This document shows, in pieces, positions 9,101 through 16,570 of a stretch of DNA of 64,000 nt. Made by a program: the position numbers and the translations under genes. The stretch is from positions 6,595 through 70,594 of the forward strand of contig CAYYLF010000001.1 of assembly GCA_964472425.1 (NCBI GenBank), written 5' to 3'. Source of the stretch: an uncultured Muribaculaceae bacterium. Its GTDB lineage: Bacteria; Bacillota_I; Bacilli_A; RF39; UBA660. Position 1 is the stretch's first letter. Every line of letters begins with the position of its first letter. The notes beneath the pieces were generated by a model. The model was given only the letters and a program-made list of their open reading frames with translations. It was not told the origin of the DNA and made no database searches.

Positions 9101-9331
9101 CAAAGCGACGGAGGCTAGAAAGTCGTCCATCGGAAAAAACAGAACATCGCTCGTGTATGCCTGTAAAGATTTATAAAAGTTGTTCGCCTCGTAAAGGGTA
9201 CTCGTAAGAACTAAGACATTTTCTTCGTTGTTTGCAAAGTAGTTGGCTATGTAGAGGGCATCGAGTTCTTTCGTGAGACCGTATACGTAATAATCGGGAA
9301 CGTATTTAAATTTTTCGGTGATAAATTTCAT
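6113..9331 (-). CDS. mfd: Transcription-repair coupling factor Mfd
   Basis: 1072 aa. Contains the helicase motifs GDVGYGKTEVA and DEEQRFGV and a C-terminal TRG region. Overlaps pth, as is typical. Confidence 0.95.
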   Translation of the reverse strand: MKFITEKFKYVPDYYVYGLTKELDALYIANYFANNEENVLVLTSTLYEANNFYKSLQAYTSDVLFFPMDDFLASVALAVSPDLKIKRLETLEKLTREKKKHIVVTSLMGYLKYLPNKNEQQSLIIDPSPSIISREIILQKLEEFGYHRESLVTTTGEYAVRGFIIDIFPVDRDTPIRLEFFGDDLDSIKEFDENTQLTTSTIESAELKRFNEEVITEPNSIMDYLQNETRFLIDESQIQLAYKNLETERFEYNLSKELAADTKYMFSFEEIAFTKSFKLETINAISRPDSLVYSSKEMENFGGNFEQLKKFCLKELSTKTIVFALENSKQKNEIMDLFPDALITNANDIFPNKINIIDSTAGHGFIFDNYVLIAPSDIDRTTRGDIKYKNTIKVGRKVKNYTDLSIGDYVVHELHGIGIYRGLKTIKNGELMKDYIELEYLGNDKVYLPVDKINRLYKYSSNLGRAPKLNKLNSTAWAKKKSETRNRIRDISGELLKLYSNRQRAIGTPYKDFEDEIKFALDFPYTLTEDQEKTIKEIDYDLKQVAPMDRLLCGDVGYGKTEVAFRAMFKTIMNGFQVAYLCPTTILSKQQYTSALERFSDFPVRIELLNRYVSTKNVNRILTDLKLGKVDIVIGTHKLLNDKIEYKNLGLLVIDEEQRFGVTHKEKIKKMKNDVNVLTLSATPIPRTLKMAMSGLRSLSVLDTPPVNRYPIQTYVIEENDLIIKDAIYKEMTRSGQVFILINKIDELNTYKTKIQKLTPEAKIVCGHGQMSSEELGSIMENFIEGEYDILICTTIIETGIDIPNVNTIIIVDSDNFGLSQLYQIRGRVGRSDKIAYAYLMYKPAHMLTETATKRLESIKEFTELGSGYKIAMRDLAIRGAGDLLGSEQAGFIDAVGLDLYTKMVTEEVGKLEGTFEEEPEETNVIFNTATHIEDDYVSDENIKIEIHKLINTITTKTDFLAVKSELEDRFGRIDETMEIYMLERCTEGLIRTLGIKTIIQMQKKITIVLPEDISNRIDGEKLFLQSYNICPKFEISYKNKEIRISLNTNLINKNYIYYLYELLDTINNQVK
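8925..8938. promoter_or_regulatory. Perfect NBS palindrome ATTTCCCGGGAAAT embedded in-frame in mfd (encodes IISREII)
   Basis: Exact 14-mer; with its flanks, the 19-bp TTATTTCCCGGGAAATAAT also matches the intergenic copies. Confidence 0.5.
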
Positions 9332-9891
9332 TTTAGTTCTCCGTAGTCATAATCGACCGTATGAGAGATGTCTCCTTTGATGAACGACTCTATGATGTTT
9401 ACCGAATCTTCTATTAATGGGCCGAGCGTTTTTAATTCTTTGGAAGAAAATTTGCCAAGTACGTAGTCTTTGGTGTCGTGCGATGCGTCTTTGGAGATGC
9501 CAATTTTGTATTGAAAGAAAGCTTGCGAGCCGAGACGGTTTATGATGGATTTTATGCCGTTGTCTCCACCCGATGAACTATCGAATTTGATGCGAGCACG
9601 ACCCAAATTTAAGTCGAGGTCATCCCTAATTATGAGAACATCATGCAAGTCTATTCCATAATAGTCTACGAATGGTCTTACGACATCGCCAGATAAATTC
9701 ATATAACTTTGTGGTTTTAGAAAGATAACTTTTTCACCGAATAGTTTTTTTTCGACGTATAGGCCATTAAACTTGAGGGAAAATTTTTCGTCACTCAAAT
9801 AGTTGTCGATTATCATAAATCCGACATTGTGTCTCGTATTTGCATATTCTTTGCCGGGATTTCCCAGGCCACATATCAATTTCATAATCAA
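9328..9891 (-). CDS. pth: Peptidyl-tRNA hydrolase
   Basis: N-terminal GLGNPGKEYANTRHNVGF. Confidence 0.95.
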   Translation of the reverse strand: MIMKLICGLGNPGKEYANTRHNVGFMIIDNYLSDEKFSLKFNGLYVEKKLFGEKVIFLKPQSYMNLSGDVVRPFVDYYGIDLHDVLIIRDDLDLNLGRARIKFDSSSGGDNGIKSIINRLGSQAFFQYKIGISKDASHDTKDYVLGKFSSKELKTLGPLIEDSVNIIESFIKGDISHTVDYDYGELK

Positions 9892-10583
9892 ACCTCCTCA
9901 AATATTCCTTGGTAAGTAGTTCTTTCTTTGGTCGTTACACCGATTATTTTGGGGTCATTCTTTTTGTAAGTCGAAGCCTCAATTAGAAAGAATTCGGCTG
10001 GTGCATTTGTCTTGGTGAAGACGAAGGCAATTTTCCTAATGCCGAATTTGGCTTCTTCTAGAAGATGGAGAGTTTCTAGAAAGCGGTCAGTTCGGTGAAC
10101 CATGTAGAAAGTGCCCTTCTCTTTTAGATGCTTTTTGGCGATGGCAATGGTGTCTTTTAAGGTGATTGCTATTTCATGGCGAGCAAGTCTTTTAATCGGA
10201 TTCTCGTTTTTTAGGGAGCTCGAAGTCACTTCGAAATATGGTGGATTACACGTGACTATGTCGTATTTATCGTCACTTTGAAACTCTTTCGCATCGATGT
10301 GAAAGATGCGAATACGTTCATCGAGTCCATTCTTCTGTACACTGAGTGTAGCAAGGTTGTAAACTTCACTTTGCAGTTCCAATCCGTGTATTTCGAGAGT
10401 CTCGTCCGCGTTTGCGAGTATCAGAGGGATGGGAGCATTGCCTGTACAGATGTCTAGTATTCTGTCATGGTGACGCGCATTTACAAATTCGGCGAGCAGA
10501 ATGGAGTCTAAACTGAATTTGAAAAAATCACTGTCTTGATAGATTTTTAGTCCGTAATCGTAGAGGTCGTTCTCGACCGTCAA
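9888..10583 (-). CDS. SAM-dependent methyltransferase, YabB/TrmN6-like (tRNA adenine-N6)
   Basis: NPPY motif (VTCNPPYF) and a small Rossmann-fold methyltransferase fold. Same position as B. subtilis yabB. Confidence 0.7.
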   Translation of the reverse strand: MTVENDLYDYGLKIYQDSDFFKFSLDSILLAEFVNARHHDRILDICTGNAPIPLILANADETLEIHGLELQSEVYNLATLSVQKNGLDERIRIFHIDAKEFQSDDKYDIVTCNPPYFEVTSSSLKNENPIKRLARHEIAITLKDTIAIAKKHLKEKGTFYMVHRTDRFLETLHLLEEAKFGIRKIAFVFTKTNAPAEFFLIEASTYKKNDPKIIGVTTKERTTYQGIFEEV

Positions 10584-11350
10584 TCGACATTCACCTTTTC
10601 AAATGTATTTTCATTTATCTTGACAGTGTAAGTTTTCGTGAGGACTTCGACATCGACTACAGTGACTTCGTGACTTTTGTAAGAGACTTTTTCGCCTACT
10701 TTGGGCAATTCTTTTCTATTTTGTTCGTAAAGGTCATTTTCATAGGTAAAGCAACAGAGCAAACGACCACATGCACCATTTATTTTTGTCGGATTGAGAG
10801 CAATATTCTGATTTTTGACCATGTTTATGTTTACCGTGTTTACATTTTGAAGATGATTGGTGCAGCAAAGCGGCCTTCCGCAGAGCCCAACGCCTCCAAT
10901 TTCTTTAGCTTTGTCGCGAACTCCCACTTGGTGTAGCTCGATTCTCGTGTGGTATTTGGCTGCGAGTGCTCGTACCAGTTCTCTGAAGTCGACTCGTTCG
11001 TCCGAGACAAAGTTGAAGAGCAAGACCTTGCGGTCGAAGGTATAGGAAGCATCTATAAGGTTCATGTTGAGATTCATTTGTCTTATTTTTTCTTTCGTTT
11101 CGACTAGCGCTTTTTTGGCATCTTTGACGTTTTTCAAAAATCGGTCGTAGTCCGAGTCCGTCGCGACAGATTTTATTTCTTTAAGATTTTTGTTGCTCTT
11201 GTTTTGGTCATTTGTAATCGTTTCGACTACTCCAAGTTGAGTACCACGTTCGGTTTCGACGATTACTTTGGTACCTTTTTCGTATTCGGTTTCAGCAGAA
11301 AAGTTGTATACTTTTCCGCCTTCTTTGAATTTTACTCCCACTATAATCAT
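10580..11350 (-). CDS. ricT: RicT/YaaT, PSP1 C-terminal domain protein
   Basis: PSP1-type Cys-rich core (GLCGRPLCC...GACGRLLCC). Adjacent to holB. Confidence 0.8.
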   Translation of the reverse strand: MIIVGVKFKEGGKVYNFSAETEYEKGTKVIVETERGTQLGVVETITNDQNKSNKNLKEIKSVATDSDYDRFLKNVKDAKKALVETKEKIRQMNLNMNLIDASYTFDRKVLLFNFVSDERVDFRELVRALAAKYHTRIELHQVGVRDKAKEIGGVGLCGRPLCCTNHLQNVNTVNINMVKNQNIALNPTKINGACGRLLCCFTYENDLYEQNRKELPKVGEKVSYKSHEVTVVDVEVLTKTYTVKINENTFEKVNVD

Positions 11351-12169
11351 TTATTTCACTTCTTTCAGGTCGAAGAACATTTTCTCGAGTAGCAAATCGG
11401 CATTCATATTTTTGGTCAATTTGTTGAGCAAAGTATTGATATATTTAGCCTTTTTTATGAGGGTTGGAAAATCGTTGTTTTTCTTGATGTAATCTATCAA
11501 TTCGAAATCAGCGTTCTTCGGGTCTTTCAAATTACAGGCCATATTATAGTAGTTTTTTATCGAATTTTCAATCATTTGAGCATTTTCTTTTAACAGTTTG
11601 TCGCTCGATTTGGCTCGGTAAAAGGCGACATGATCTCGATTTTCGAGGGCAATTATGAGATTTTTGGTCAGTTCTCGTATTTCTTCTGGAATTTCTTGGT
11701 TCGATTGTGCATCGTAAATCATTGTTATTTTTTCACAACGAGATTTGATGGTCGGCAAAAGGAGGTCGGCATTGCACGTGACTAGGAAGCCAATTACGTT
11801 CTCGTTGGGTTCTTCGATGGTCTTCAATAGTTTGTTTGCAGAGTTTTCGGTCATTTCTTCAGCTGGCGAGATTATGTATACCACGTATTTTGAGAGTACA
11901 GGTTTAGTCTTTATGCGGTCTTGTAGTTCTAAGATGCGTTCATTTTTAATCGTCTTCCCATCACTGAGAATTATTATAAGCTCGAGGTACGTTTCGTTTA
12001 TTATTTGATGTCGAGTCGTTTCGTCGCCATTCGATAAAAGGTTGGCAATCAACTCTTTGAGGTCATCGAGACATTTTTCGGCATCGTTCGTTTCAACTAA
12101 AAAAACGTGGGAATTAACATTCTCATCGAACTCGTTTTTTATTTTCATCATTGCTTCGTTTGCTTTCAT
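11351..12169 (-). CDS. holB: DNA polymerase III delta' subunit
   Basis: Clamp-loader sensor region SANKLLKTIEEPNENVIGFLVTCNADLLLPTIKSRC, which includes the SRC motif. Confidence 0.75.
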   Translation of the reverse strand: MKANEAMMKIKNEFDENVNSHVFLVETNDAEKCLDDLKELIANLLSNGDETTRHQIINETYLELIIILSDGKTIKNERILELQDRIKTKPVLSKYVVYIISPAEEMTENSANKLLKTIEEPNENVIGFLVTCNADLLLPTIKSRCEKITMIYDAQSNQEIPEEIRELTKNLIIALENRDHVAFYRAKSSDKLLKENAQMIENSIKNYYNMACNLKDPKNADFELIDYIKKNNDFPTLIKKAKYINTLLNKLTKNMNADLLLEKMFFDLKEVK

Positions 12170-12183
12170 AGTTCCCTCTTATA

Positions 12184-12291
12184 TTATATCATAAGTAGCC
12201 CCACCAATATGAATAGACCTGGAAAGCCTAGAACTGCCACCGCGGATATCGTATAAATATTGAGCGGAATAAAGAGTTTTAGGCTTTCCAT
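12184..12291 (-). CDS. Possible 35-aa hydrophobic peptide (MESLKLFIPLNIYTISAVAVLGFPGLFILVGLLMI); weak call
   Basis: Open frame with no convincing RBS. Its start codon lies inside a 10-bp inverted repeat (12221-12230 and 12280-12289). Confidence 0.2.
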   Translation of the reverse strand: MESLKLFIPLNIYTISAVAVLGFPGLFILVGLLMI

Positions 12292-12397
12292 GATGATGTT
12301 AAATCCATATAATACGGCAAAGGCAAAAATTATTCGTTTTATCAGTTTCAGTATTATCTTCATATCTATCGGTAAATTATATGAAGACTTGGATAAA

Positions 12398-13000
12398 TTA
12401 TGCGACTTCTTTGCGGTCGTATAGTGCCCGTTCGAGTGTCAAAATGTCGAGATAGTCTATTTCGGCACCCATCGGAATACCATAGGATAATCTCGTTACT
12501 TTGATGTTTTGATTAGCCAGTATTTTTTTTAGATAGAGAGTGGTCGTGTCTCCTTCTATCGTCGGACGAAGGGCAATTATCACTTCGGCATTTTCGAGGT
12601 TTTTACATCTCGATATCAGTTTGGATATGTTCAAATCGTCGGGATTGACTCCGTCTATCGGAGAAATAAGCCCTCCTAAAACATGGTATACTCCTCGGTA
12701 TTTGCCCGTTTTTTCGAATACAAAGATGCTCTTGTAGTCTTCAACGACACATATGAGATTATGGTCACGATTCGAATCTTCACATATTTGACAGATTTTT
12801 TTGTCGGTCAAGTGGCCACATTCTTCACATGTCTTGAAAGTCGTATCTATACAATCGATGGAATGGGCAAAGTCTTTAAGGTCATCTTTTTCCATCTTTA
12901 TGAGAGCAAGTGCATATCTTTCAGCGGTTCTCTCCCCTATACCTGGCAACTTTTTGAAGTACTCTATCAAAGTTTCTAGTAGCTCGGGATAAATGTTCAT
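12398..13000 (-). CDS. recR: Recombination protein RecR
   Basis: HhH motif (LPGIGERTAERYA), C4 zinc finger and Toprim domain. Confidence 0.95.
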   Translation of the reverse strand: MNIYPELLETLIEYFKKLPGIGERTAERYALALIKMEKDDLKDFAHSIDCIDTTFKTCEECGHLTDKKICQICEDSNRDHNLICVVEDYKSIFVFEKTGKYRGVYHVLGGLISPIDGVNPDDLNISKLISRCKNLENAEVIIALRPTIEGDTTTLYLKKILANQNIKVTRLSYGIPMGAEIDYLDILTLERALYDRKEVA

Positions 13001-13296
13001 TACATCAGTCCACCGAGTTGTTTGCTATAAGCACCGAGTTTGTTCTCGATTTCTTTATCGATTTTTTTGAGACAGTCGTTCATCGCGATAGTAATCATAT
13101 CGGCTAGCATGTCTTTGTCTTCATTGAGGTCTCCCGTGTAGGTTATATCGACTCTCGTAATTTTTTTGTTTCCCGTCATAGTTATTTTGACCCATTCGGA
13201 TTCGCCTACAAAGGTCATTTTGTAGATTTCCTCTTGTTTTTTAGTTATTTCCTTTTGCATTCTTTGGGCTTGAGCCATTAAATTTTGCATGTTCAT
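13000..13296 (-). CDS. ebfC: Nucleoid-associated protein YbaB/EbfC
   Basis: 98 aa, MNMQNLMAQAQRMQKEI. Lies between dnaX and recR. Confidence 0.9.
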   Translation of the reverse strand: MNMQNLMAQAQRMQKEITKKQEEIYKMTFVGESEWVKITMTGNKKITRVDITYTGDLNEDKDMLADMITIAMNDCLKKIDKEIENKLGAYSKQLGGLM

Positions 13297-13311
13297 ATAT
13301 TTTTTCTCCTT

Positions 13312-14925
13312 CTATGAAACTTCTACTAAGTTTTCAGTAAATAGTTCTTCAGCTTCTTTTTTTAGTTCAGAGCTGTCTTCTTCGAATTCTGGTTCATCTA
13401 TATATTTATATTCTTTTTTGGATTTTAGGTTGTTTTTATATTTTTCTTTTTCTTTTTGCCAATCTTCCGCGGTAATAGCAATCGTCTTCGTCGTCAAGTC
13501 GTTTTGTTTGAGAGCTTTTTCTATTTCGTCTTTCTTTATGTTGAAGAGATTAGCTAGCGAATTTTCTTCTGCCGTAAATATAGCATAGTTCGGCGAGGCG
13601 GCTACGGGTTTGTAATCCCTGATGTCGAGCGATTTAATTTTTTCGGTGTCCAGTTCGGACCATTTTGTAGTTAACGTGTTGAGGGCTTCCTTGGATGGTT
13701 CGACAAAGCAGTTGTTTATTCTTATCTCGGTAAGTGTCAGTTTTTGGTCGAGTTTTTTGGTTGCTTCTTGGGCTGGGGCTTCGGCTTCGACGTCGTTTTT
13801 CGATTGTGTTTGTCTTTGCAGATTGGTTTCTTGTCGATTTTCGACCGATTTTTGTACAATCTCCGTGCTTTTTTGTGATTTTCGGTCAGTTTTTGTCGAA
13901 TTTGGCATCGCTTCTAAGAAGCACAGTTTTATAATAGTGAAAACATTCTCGTTTATGCGGGCATCGATATAGCATTTATTCAAGTTCGTTATCAAATTAG
14001 ATATGGTCGCGAAGGAAAATTCCTCGTTCTTCCCCATTTTTATTTCTATAGCAATTTTTTCTAAGTAATTTATCATTCTTTTTAGAAGTTTTTGAGCATT
14101 TATACCGGTATTTTCATAGTTTTCTATTTTGGTGATTATTCCGTCTACGTCTCCCGCCTTCATATCGGTCAGCAAATCGTTTATGGAGTTTTTAGAAATC
14201 ATATTATAATTCTTTAGGAGCGCGTCTAAGGTCATCTTTTTGGCCGATTTCGATGTCTGATCTAAGATACTCAACGCGTCTCGCAGGCAACCTTCACTCA
14301 ATTCGTATATTTCTTCTAGTACTCCATCTTCGTACTCGATGTGTTCTTCGTTACAGACGAATCGCAAGTGCTCTAGCATATCGACTTTTTCAATTTTTTT
14401 GAAGTCGTATCTTTGACATCTGGATAGAATAGTTATAGGCACTTTGTATACTTCTGTCGTTGCGAGAATAAATATCGCATGAGAAGGCGGTTCTTCTAAT
14501 GTTTTTAGTAAGGCATTGAATGCGCCGGAAGAAAGCATATGAACTTCATCTATTATATATATTTTGTACTTAGATGCGGTGGGAGCCAAAGTAATGTTAT
14601 TGCGCAATTCTCTTATTTCATCGACTCCATTGTTCGAAGCTGCGTCTATTTCTATTATGTCCGGCGATGTGGAAAAATTGCGGCATGAATCGCATTCTCC
14701 ACATGGTTCTCCTTCTTTAGCGTTAGTACACGTGAGGGCCTTAGCAAGTACTTTAGCTGTCGATGTTTTTCCCGTTCCTCGCGGGCCAGTAAATATGTAA
14801 GCGTGCGAAAATGTATTTTCTGTTACACTCTTTTGCAGGTTGTCGACAATGGCCTTTTGTCCAACTATATTTTTAAAAGTATTTGGTCTATATTTTCTGT
14901 ATAATACTTTGTACGACATATTCAA
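13312..14925 (-). CDS. dnaX: DNA polymerase III subunits tau/gamma
   Basis: Walker A GPRGTGKTS, a CxxC zinc module, and the SRC motif. Confidence 0.95.
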   Translation of the reverse strand: MNMSYKVLYRKYRPNTFKNIVGQKAIVDNLQKSVTENTFSHAYIFTGPRGTGKTSTAKVLAKALTCTNAKEGEPCGECDSCRNFSTSPDIIEIDAASNNGVDEIRELRNNITLAPTASKYKIYIIDEVHMLSSGAFNALLKTLEEPPSHAIFILATTEVYKVPITILSRCQRYDFKKIEKVDMLEHLRFVCNEEHIEYEDGVLEEIYELSEGCLRDALSILDQTSKSAKKMTLDALLKNYNMISKNSINDLLTDMKAGDVDGIITKIENYENTGINAQKLLKRMINYLEKIAIEIKMGKNEEFSFATISNLITNLNKCYIDARINENVFTIIKLCFLEAMPNSTKTDRKSQKSTEIVQKSVENRQETNLQRQTQSKNDVEAEAPAQEATKKLDQKLTLTEIRINNCFVEPSKEALNTLTTKWSELDTEKIKSLDIRDYKPVAASPNYAIFTAEENSLANLFNIKKDEIEKALKQNDLTTKTIAITAEDWQKEKEKYKNNLKSKKEYKYIDEPEFEEDSSELKKEAEELFTENLVEVS

Positions 14926-14965
14926 CCATCTCCAATATAATTATAGCAAATCCGCAATATTAAAT

Positions 14966-15385
14966 CTACCTTTTATCTTTAAAAAACGTGGTTATATTGT
15001 GTTTATATCGGTCTAGGTCGGCGTTTTCAACGTGCATATGTTCAAATATAGTACATTTGTACTGCTTTTTATAGTTTAGTCGAGGGACTAGATAATATAC
15101 ATGCCCTAATCTAGCCTCTTTGATTACACTTTTGCACATGTCACAGGGTTCCAAAGTCACAATCATACATTTGTTCTGTAAGTTCCAGTTACCAACTGTT
15201 TGATTAGCTTCTTCAATAGCAATGATTTCGGCATGATCCGTAGTTTTGTGTGTTTTGTTTCTTTTATTATATCCACAGCCCAAGATACCAGTTTCATCAT
15301 ACACAATTGCGCTAACTGGAAATTCGTCTTCTGCCAACGACTTTTCCACAAGGTCAAATAGTGTTTTCAACAATTCTTTTTTCAT
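14966..15385 (-). CDS. tadA: tRNA-specific adenosine deaminase
   Basis: HAE...PCxxC zinc-deaminase motifs (HAEIIAI, PCDMC). Start at MKKELL, which has a GGAGGA RBS. Confidence 0.85.
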   Translation of the reverse strand: MKKELLKTLFDLVEKSLAEDEFPVSAIVYDETGILGCGYNKRNKTHKTTDHAEIIAIEEANQTVGNWNLQNKCMIVTLEPCDMCKSVIKEARLGHVYYLVPRLNYKKQYKCTIFEHMHVENADLDRYKHNITTFFKDKR

Positions 15386-15402
15386 TATTCCTCCAAAAAA
15401 AA

Positions 15403-15476
15403 GCACACACGAATTCTTGTCTTATGGCTGCTATCTTCCGATTCTGACCAGGTTCGCCAATTATCCGTTGTGCTTC
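15403..15476 (-). ncRNA. ffs: Signal recognition particle RNA (short 4.5S-type)
   Basis: The minus-strand RNA reads GCACAACGG...ACCUGGUCAGAAUCGGAAGAUAGCAGCCAUAAGACAAGAAUUCGUGUGUGC and ends in a U-run. It matches the SRP domain IV core of E. coli 4.5S RNA (ACCAGGUCAGGUCCGGAAGGAAGCAGCCAAGGCAG...GCGUGUGCC). The two ends pair with each other. Confidence 0.65.
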
Positions 15477-15480
15477 TAAA

Positions 15481-15510
15481 TTTTATCATATATTATTGGT
15501 TATTGCAAAT
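15481..15510 (-). promoter_or_regulatory. Promoter for ffs-tadA-dnaX (TTGCAA, 17-nt spacer, TAAAAT); its -35 abuts parS-1
   Basis: Seen in the reverse complement, CATTTGCAATAACCAATAATATATGATAAAATTTAGAA. The predicted TSS coincides with the predicted 5' end of the SRP RNA. Confidence 0.45.
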
Positions 15511-15525
15511 GTTTCACGTGAAACT
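15510..15525. promoter_or_regulatory. parS-1 TGTTTCACGTGAAACT (15 of 16 vs consensus)
   Basis: Compared with the B. subtilis parS consensus TGTTCCACGTGAAACA. Confidence 0.7.
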
Positions 15526-15542
15526 TAGTGCAGCTACTAGTT

Positions 15543-15556
15543 ATTTCCCGGGAAAT
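15543..15556. promoter_or_regulatory. NBS-1 ATTTCCCGGGAAAT (perfect)
   Basis: Exact match to the published Noc-binding consensus. Confidence 0.7.
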
Positions 15557-15664
15557 AATTAGAGTGGATGGCTCAGCGATTTGCCAAAATTTAAAATTGC
15601 CAAATATTAAATTTGGTAATTTGGATATAGCTATAAAACTTTTGCGGAATCATTTCAAATCGCA

Positions 15665-15680
15665 TGTTTCACGTGGAACA
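15665..15680. promoter_or_regulatory. parS-2 TGTTTCACGTGGAACA (equals consensus read on the other strand), followed by TGTGAAAAC
   Basis: Exact match to the B. subtilis parS. Confidence 0.8.
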
Positions 15681-15730
15681 TGTGAAAACCAAGCTTTTAT
15701 TTTTGGCTCAGTTTATTAGAATCATTAATT

Positions 15731-15744
15731 ATTTCCCAGGAAAT
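15731..15744. promoter_or_regulatory. NBS-2 ATTTCCCAGGAAAT (one central mismatch)
   Basis: 13 of 14 match. Confidence 0.55.
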
Positions 15745-15772
15745 ATTTTTTATTAACCAGTTATCTAGTTAA

Positions 15773-15788
15773 TGTTCCACGTGAAACA
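15773..15788. promoter_or_regulatory. parS-3 TGTTCCACGTGAAACA (exact), followed by TGTGGAAAA at 15791-15799
   Basis: Exact parS with an abutting DnaA-box-like 9-mer. Confidence 0.8.
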
Positions 15789-15916
15789 TATGTGGAAAAG
15801 TGACAATTTATAAATTTATGAGATTATAGCGTATGAATAATCTAAATTGTAATAAATTCTCCAAAGTTGCTGCTCACACAATATATTAGAAAATGACTGC
15901 AAGTCAATTGTTAAAT

Positions 15917-15930
15917 ATTTCCCAGGAAAT
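15917..15930. promoter_or_regulatory. NBS-3 ATTTCCCAGGAAAT
   Basis: 13 of 14 match. Confidence 0.55.
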
Positions 15931-15953
15931 AGCAATATTTGTGTTACACTTAA

Positions 15954-15969
15954 TGTTCCACGTGGAACA
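15954..15969. promoter_or_regulatory. parS-4 TGTTCCACGTGGAACA (perfect palindrome), followed by TGTGGAAAA at 15972-15980
   Basis: Perfect 16-bp palindrome. Confidence 0.8.
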
Positions 15970-16102
15970 AGTGTGGAAAAGTGACGATAACCGGCACTTT
16001 ATGAAAAAGCAAAATATGAGAATCTAATTACTTTTAGGCTTATCACGTGCAATTTCTCATAACTTATTAAAAAATAGAAAACAGTAAATAAGTTAGTCGA
16101 AT

Positions 16103-16116
16103 ATTTCCCGGGAAAT
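16103..16116. promoter_or_regulatory. NBS-4 ATTTCCCGGGAAAT (perfect)
   Basis: Exact match. Confidence 0.7.
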
Positions 16117-16132
16117 AAGATAATTGAATTCA

Positions 16133-16148
16133 TGTTCCACGTGGAACA
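16133..16148. promoter_or_regulatory. parS-5 TGTTCCACGTGGAACA (perfect), overlapping TGTGGAAAA at 16149-16157
   Basis: Perfect palindrome. Confidence 0.8.
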
Positions 16149-16264
16149 TGTGGAAAACCCCAAGAAATCGGTAACTTTTATCAAAAAAAGTTTTAGAATG
16201 AAATTAGTAGTTATTCTACAATTGATTATTTGCACGGTCACTTAAGTTTAAATCGCTGACAAAT

Positions 16265-16278
16265 ATTTCCTGGGAAAT
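16265..16278. promoter_or_regulatory. NBS-5 ATTTCCTGGGAAAT
   Basis: 13 of 14 match. Confidence 0.55.
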
Positions 16279-16287
16279 AATTATTAA

Positions 16288-16303
16288 TGGTTCACGTGGA
16301 ACC
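16288..16303. promoter_or_regulatory. parS-6, degenerate: TGGTTCACGTGGAACC (13 of 16)
   Basis: CACGTG core with a degenerate left arm. Confidence 0.4.
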
Positions 16304-16387
16304 TGTAGAAAAGTAAGTTGGTTTACTATTACGTTCGGTTATTAAATATTAATTGGAAATATAAAATAGTAATCGCTATCTAGTCGA

Positions 16388-16403
16388 TGTTCCACGTGGA
16401 ACA
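16388..16403. promoter_or_regulatory. parS-7 TGTTCCACGTGGAACA (perfect), with TTTTCCACA at 16423-16431
   Basis: Perfect palindrome. Confidence 0.8.
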
Positions 16404-16510
16404 TCTAGTAGCTTCATTGGTGTTTTCCACACGTACTATGTTTTAGCTACTAAAAATCAAATTTGGCAAATTTGATTTTTGGCAAATTGATGCACTCCTC
16501 ACCCCTAATT

Positions 16511-16524
16511 ATTTCCCGGGAAAT
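16511..16524. promoter_or_regulatory. NBS-6 ATTTCCCGGGAAAT (perfect)
   Basis: Exact match. Confidence 0.7.
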
Positions 16525-16530
16525 AATATA

Positions 16531-16563
16531 ACAAAAAAAACTGAGTTTTCCACACTCAGTTTT
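16531..16563. terminator. gyrA terminator, bidirectional (CTGAGT-TTTCCAC-ACTCAG flanked by A8 and T4)
   Basis: 6-bp stem with a T-run on the minus strand right after the gyrA stop. The loop itself contains a TTTTCCACA DnaA-box-like motif. Confidence 0.6.
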
Positions 16564-16570
16564 AAAACAT

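Larger units (their letters stand above)
15505..16530. repeat. Degenerate tandem array of six to seven roughly 185-bp units, each carrying parS, a DnaA-box-like motif and a Noc-binding site
   Basis: The parS-like palindromes sit at spacings of 155, 108, 181, 179, 155 and 100 bp. The NBS palindromes sit at spacings of 188, 186, 186, 162 and 246 bp. There is no ORF in the region, and it is AT-rich between the motifs. Confidence 0.85.

Noticed and set aside
15543-15556. ATTTCCCGGGAAAT considered as a CodY box (AATTTTCWGAAAATT) or another metabolic-regulator site
   Set aside because: The central CCCGGG and the exact 14-mer match the Noc-binding consensus, not the CodY consensus, and it co-occurs with parS.
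15505-16530. Looked at first like a possible CRISPR array or rRNA-operon remnant downstream of gyrA
   Set aside because: The repeats are 14-16-bp palindromes at irregular 100-250-bp spacing inside roughly 185-bp degenerate units, with no cas genes and no rRNA-like sequence. The motifs match parS and NBS exactly.
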